DNA of 64,000 nt from NCBI GenBank assembly GCA_963822965.1, contig CAWGJT010000012.1, positions 160,001 through 224,000 on the forward strand. The letters run 5' to 3'. Of the stretch, positions 61,433-64,000 are shown piece after piece. The notes below the pieces were generated by a model, which worked only from the letters and a program-made list of their open reading frames with translations, searched no databases and was not told where the DNA came from. The DNA comes from an uncultured delta proteobacterium. Its GTDB lineage: Bacteria > Myxococcota_A > UBA9160 > UBA4427. Each line of letters starts with the position of its first letter. The stretch's first letter is position 1. The translations under genes and the position numbers were made by a program.

Positions 61433-62230
61433 CTAGGGAGCGCCGGGGCGCCGGAGCGGATCCGATCCGTCCGGCGGTGCGGGGGCCCCGGCGTGACGGT
61501 CTCGCAACCCCTGCTCGTAGGCAGCCGGAGCGAACATGCCGAGCCATACCGCAACGACGATGGGCAGGTAGAGCAGACCACGGCAGGCCGTCACCCACGC
61601 CGTCAGCGTGTGGTGGCCGGCGCCGTACGCCCAACCCGCCAAGGTGCCGAGCCCACAGATGGCGGCGAAGCAGATGCACGCCACGGTCCACAGCAGGAAG
61701 CGGTTCGAGATGACCGGGTCGCCGATGCCCAGCCGCAGCTGGCGGCGCGAGCGGAGCCACTGGCTCCCGGTCTCGAAGGTGCCCCACGCGAAGGGAAGCG
61801 CGATGGAGAGCTGGCTCGCGATGTAGCTGGGAAGCGACGGGTCGTAGCGCGACCAGTGGGACTGGCTCGCGTAGTCCCACGCCAGCGAGGCGCCCAGGAG
61901 CCCGATCCCACCGACGGCCGCGGCGGCGGCCCAGAACCGCCCGGGGTGGAAGACCCAGGCCACGAAGACGAACAGACCGGCGATCCCGAGGCGCATCGCG
62001 ATCTCGCCTCCGATCGCCACGATCGTCGCGAGGGACGTCTCCCCGAGCCGTTCGCCCACGGTGATCGCCGCCAGGCCGGCCCCACCGACTAAGATCATCG
62101 TGGCGGCGAGGCCGCTGGGACCGAGGCCTCCCTCGCGCCGGGCGAGGCCGGCGAGACGGGTGCCGGCCAGGAGACCCACCGCGGCGAAGGCCACCTTGCC
62201 TGCAATCAGGATGCTGGATGCGAGCTCCAC
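61433..62230 (-). CDS. Stand-alone 7TM membrane protein (paralog 3)
   Basis: Shares GTRLAGLARREG, WVFHPGR, RRQLRLGIGDPVISNRFLLW and MFAPAAY with the 8-9.7 kb genes; GTG start inferred. Confidence 0.72.
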   Translation of the reverse strand: MELASSILIAGKVAFAAVGLLAGTRLAGLARREGGLGPSGLAATMILVGGAGLAAITVGERLGETSLATIVAIGGEIAMRLGIAGLFVFVAWVFHPGRFWAAAAAVGGIGLLGASLAWDYASQSHWSRYDPSLPSYIASQLSIALPFAWGTFETGSQWLRSRRQLRLGIGDPVISNRFLLWTVACICFAAICGLGTLAGWAYGAGHHTLTAWVTACRGLLYLPIVVAVWLGMFAPAAYEQGLRDRHAGAPAPPDGSDPLRRPGAP

Positions 62231-62404
62231 GACGCCCCCAGGAACGTTCGCTCTTCCGGATCTGCCCCGGACTCGGACCTTCCGTATCGGAGCGCGGCAG
62301 CCTCGGCCTGAGAGGTGCTTCGAAAGCCCGGCGACGCAACGTGCGCTCGTCTTGGGGGGGCGATTCAACTCCACTATCGTGCGACCGTGACCGATCCGAA
62401 CGGC

Positions 62405-63895
62405 ATGAGCGGTCGCCCTTCCCAGGATCTCGCCGGACCGGGACGAAGCGTTCCGCTGTACGTGGATCTCGACGGCACGCTCGTCGCGAGCGACACCTTG
62501 TGGGAATCGCTGTGCCTGCTCGTCCGCCGCCACCCCGCGACCGCGCTGCGGGCGCCCGGCTGGCTGCGCGAGGGGAAGGCCCGCTTCAAGGGCCGGGTCG
62601 CCGAGCGCGTCCTGCCCGACGCGAGCCTGCTGCCCTATCGGCCGGAGGTGCTCGCCCACCTGCGGAGCGAGCGTGCGGCGGGCCGGCGGATCGTGCTGGC
62701 CACGGCGGCCGATCATCGCGTGGCGCGCGCCGTCGCCGAGCAGCTGGCGCTCTTCGACGACGTGCTGGCGAGCGAGGGAGACCGCAACCTCTCCGGTGCT
62801 GCAAAGCGAGAGGCCATCGAGAAGCACAGCGGTGGCGAGCCCTGGGCCTACCTGGGAAGCTCCGCCGAAGACGTCGAGGTGTGGCGGGGGGCCGCCGCGG
62901 CGGTCCTCGTGGCGCCCGACCGGCGCGCCCGGGAGGGCGTCGCGCGGCTCGGCATCCCCAGCCACGAAGTTCCCGCCCCGAATCGAGCCCTCGCGCCGGT
63001 TGTTCGCGCCCTGCGTCCCCACCAGTGGGTGAAGAACGGGCTGCTCTTCGTGCCCATCGTGCTCGCCCAGGAGCTCTCGGACCTCTCCCGGCTCGCCGCG
63101 GTGGCCGTCGGCTTCCTGGCCTTCTGCGCGGTCGCGTCGACGGGATACCTGGCGAACGACCTGCTCGACATCGAGGCCGATCGCCGGCACGGCGGGAAGC
63201 AGAGCCGCCCGTTCGCCGCCGGGAAGCTCTCGATCCCGACCGGCGTGGCCACCGGCGCGGGACTCCTGCTGCTCGGCTTCGGCATCTCCCTCGCCGCCCT
63301 GCCCTGGGCGTTCACGGGCATGCTGGCCCTCTACCTGACCCTCACCCTGTCCTACTCGTTCGCGTTCAAGGAGCGGCTCTTCGTCGACGTCCTGCTGCTG
63401 GCCGGGCTCTACACGCATCGGGTGCTGTCGGGCGGCGTCGCGGCGCACGTCGAGGTGTCGACCTGGCTGCTCGCCTTCTCGGTCTTCTTCTTCCTGAGCC
63501 TGGCCCTGGTCAAGCGATACGCGGAGCTGCTGGCAACCCCGGTCGGGGGCGTCGAGGACGAGGCGCGCACGAACGCGAAGCTCGCGCGCCGGGCGTACCG
63601 CCCCCAGGACACGGGCCTCGTGGAGTCCATGGGCGTCTCGAGCGGCTACCTCTCGGTCCTGGTGCTCGGCCTCTACGTGAGCCGGGAGGACGTGACCCGC
63701 TACTACGCGAGCCCCGACCTCCTGTGGCTGATCTCGCCGCTGATGCTCTACTGGATCTCGCGCATCTGGCTGCTGGCGAGACGCGGGGAGATGTCGCACG
63801 ACCCGGTGCTCTTCGCAGCCACGGACGGGGTCAGCTACCTGACCGGTGCCGGCGTCGTGGCCATCGGCCTGCTCGCGGCGCTGCTGGGACGCTGA
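62405..63895 (+). CDS. HAD-fused UbiA-family polyprenyl-phosphate phosphoribosyltransferase
   Basis: DLDGTL HAD motif; RPHQWVKN, NDLLDIEADRRH..K..RPFAAG, LALVKRYAE. Confidence 0.88.
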   Translation: MSGRPSQDLAGPGRSVPLYVDLDGTLVASDTLWESLCLLVRRHPATALRAPGWLREGKARFKGRVAERVLPDASLLPYRPEVLAHLRSERAAGRRIVLATAADHRVARAVAEQLALFDDVLASEGDRNLSGAAKREAIEKHSGGEPWAYLGSSAEDVEVWRGAAAAVLVAPDRRAREGVARLGIPSHEVPAPNRALAPVVRALRPHQWVKNGLLFVPIVLAQELSDLSRLAAVAVGFLAFCAVASTGYLANDLLDIEADRRHGGKQSRPFAAGKLSIPTGVATGAGLLLLGFGISLAALPWAFTGMLALYLTLTLSYSFAFKERLFVDVLLLAGLYTHRVLSGGVAAHVEVSTWLLAFSVFFFLSLALVKRYAELLATPVGGVEDEARTNAKLARRAYRPQDTGLVESMGVSSGYLSVLVLGLYVSREDVTRYYASPDLLWLISPLMLYWISRIWLLARRGEMSHDPVLFAATDGVSYLTGAGVVAIGLLAALLGR

Positions 63896-63943
63896 GCGGC
63901 CGCACCGCCCTGCGCATCGCGGGTAGGCGCAAGGATGGTAGGG

Positions 63944-63993
63944 TCAGCCGCGGCGCAGGTCGTACTTCAGCCGCGGCGCAGGTTGTACTTCAG
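63944..63993. repeat. 23-bp tandem duplication of a gene 3' end
   Basis: TCAGCCGCGGCGCAGGT(C/T)GTACT x2 followed by TCAG. Confidence 0.85.
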
Positions 63994-64000
63994 GATGCAC
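63967..64000 (-). CDS. 3' end of a gene entering from outside the window (possibly DPM1-like GT2)
   Basis: Reads ...CILKYNLRRG*; CILKYN is reminiscent of DPM1-like GT2 C-termini. Confidence 0.4.
   Translation of the reverse strand, partial: CILKYNLRRG

Noticed and set aside
63944..63993. Possible CRISPR repeat
   Set aside because: Two abutting copies with no spacer and no cas genes; explained as a gene-end duplication
1..64000. Many long overlapping Arg/Pro/Gly-rich ORFs in the six-frame track (e.g. 17000-19051+, 52403-54940+, 11174-13129-)
   Set aside because: Shadow ORFs expected from stop-codon scarcity in high-GC DNA; they overlap genes with clear motifs

Overview
Very GC-rich (by eye roughly 70%) diderm bacterial DNA. 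OMPLA, lipoproteins and a GspC-like gene point to an outer membrane; Myxococcota-like affinity is only a guess. I found no rRNA, tRNA, CRISPR array, integrase or transposase. Positions 1-24.4 kb are mixed lipid, stress and envelope genes: a DAG/ceramide-kinase-like plus Tam41-like nucleotidyltransferase pair, CPBP protease, SDRs, SCP2-type thiolase, two tandem stand-alone 7TM proteins with a coupled small helical protein, Fe-SOD with a sigma54-like promoter, a DUF6502-DUF5666 operon behind a perfect 18-bp palindrome, PldA, KefB/C, an orphan HicB-like gene, a cytochrome c and a methyltransferase-ATP-grasp fusion. Positions 24.4-64 kb are a large Wzx/Wzy surface-polysaccharide locus. It encodes a GDP-heptose pathway, CDP-glucose/C-methyl-sugar genes, two sulfotransferases, many glycosyltransferases, a secreted beta-helix protein, a ~2,040-aa secreted protein built from ~1.45-kb near-identical tandem repeats, a third 7TM paralog and a HAD-UbiA phosphoribosyltransferase. 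Four single-base frameshifts (about 40875, 45343, 48008, 59878) split three genes and may be read errors or, in one case, phase variation. The best candidates for undescribed systems are (1) the stand-alone 7TM family with its small partner protein and (2) the DUF6502 putative autoregulator with its operator palindrome and DUF5666 lipoprotein. All family calls come from motif recognition, not database searches.
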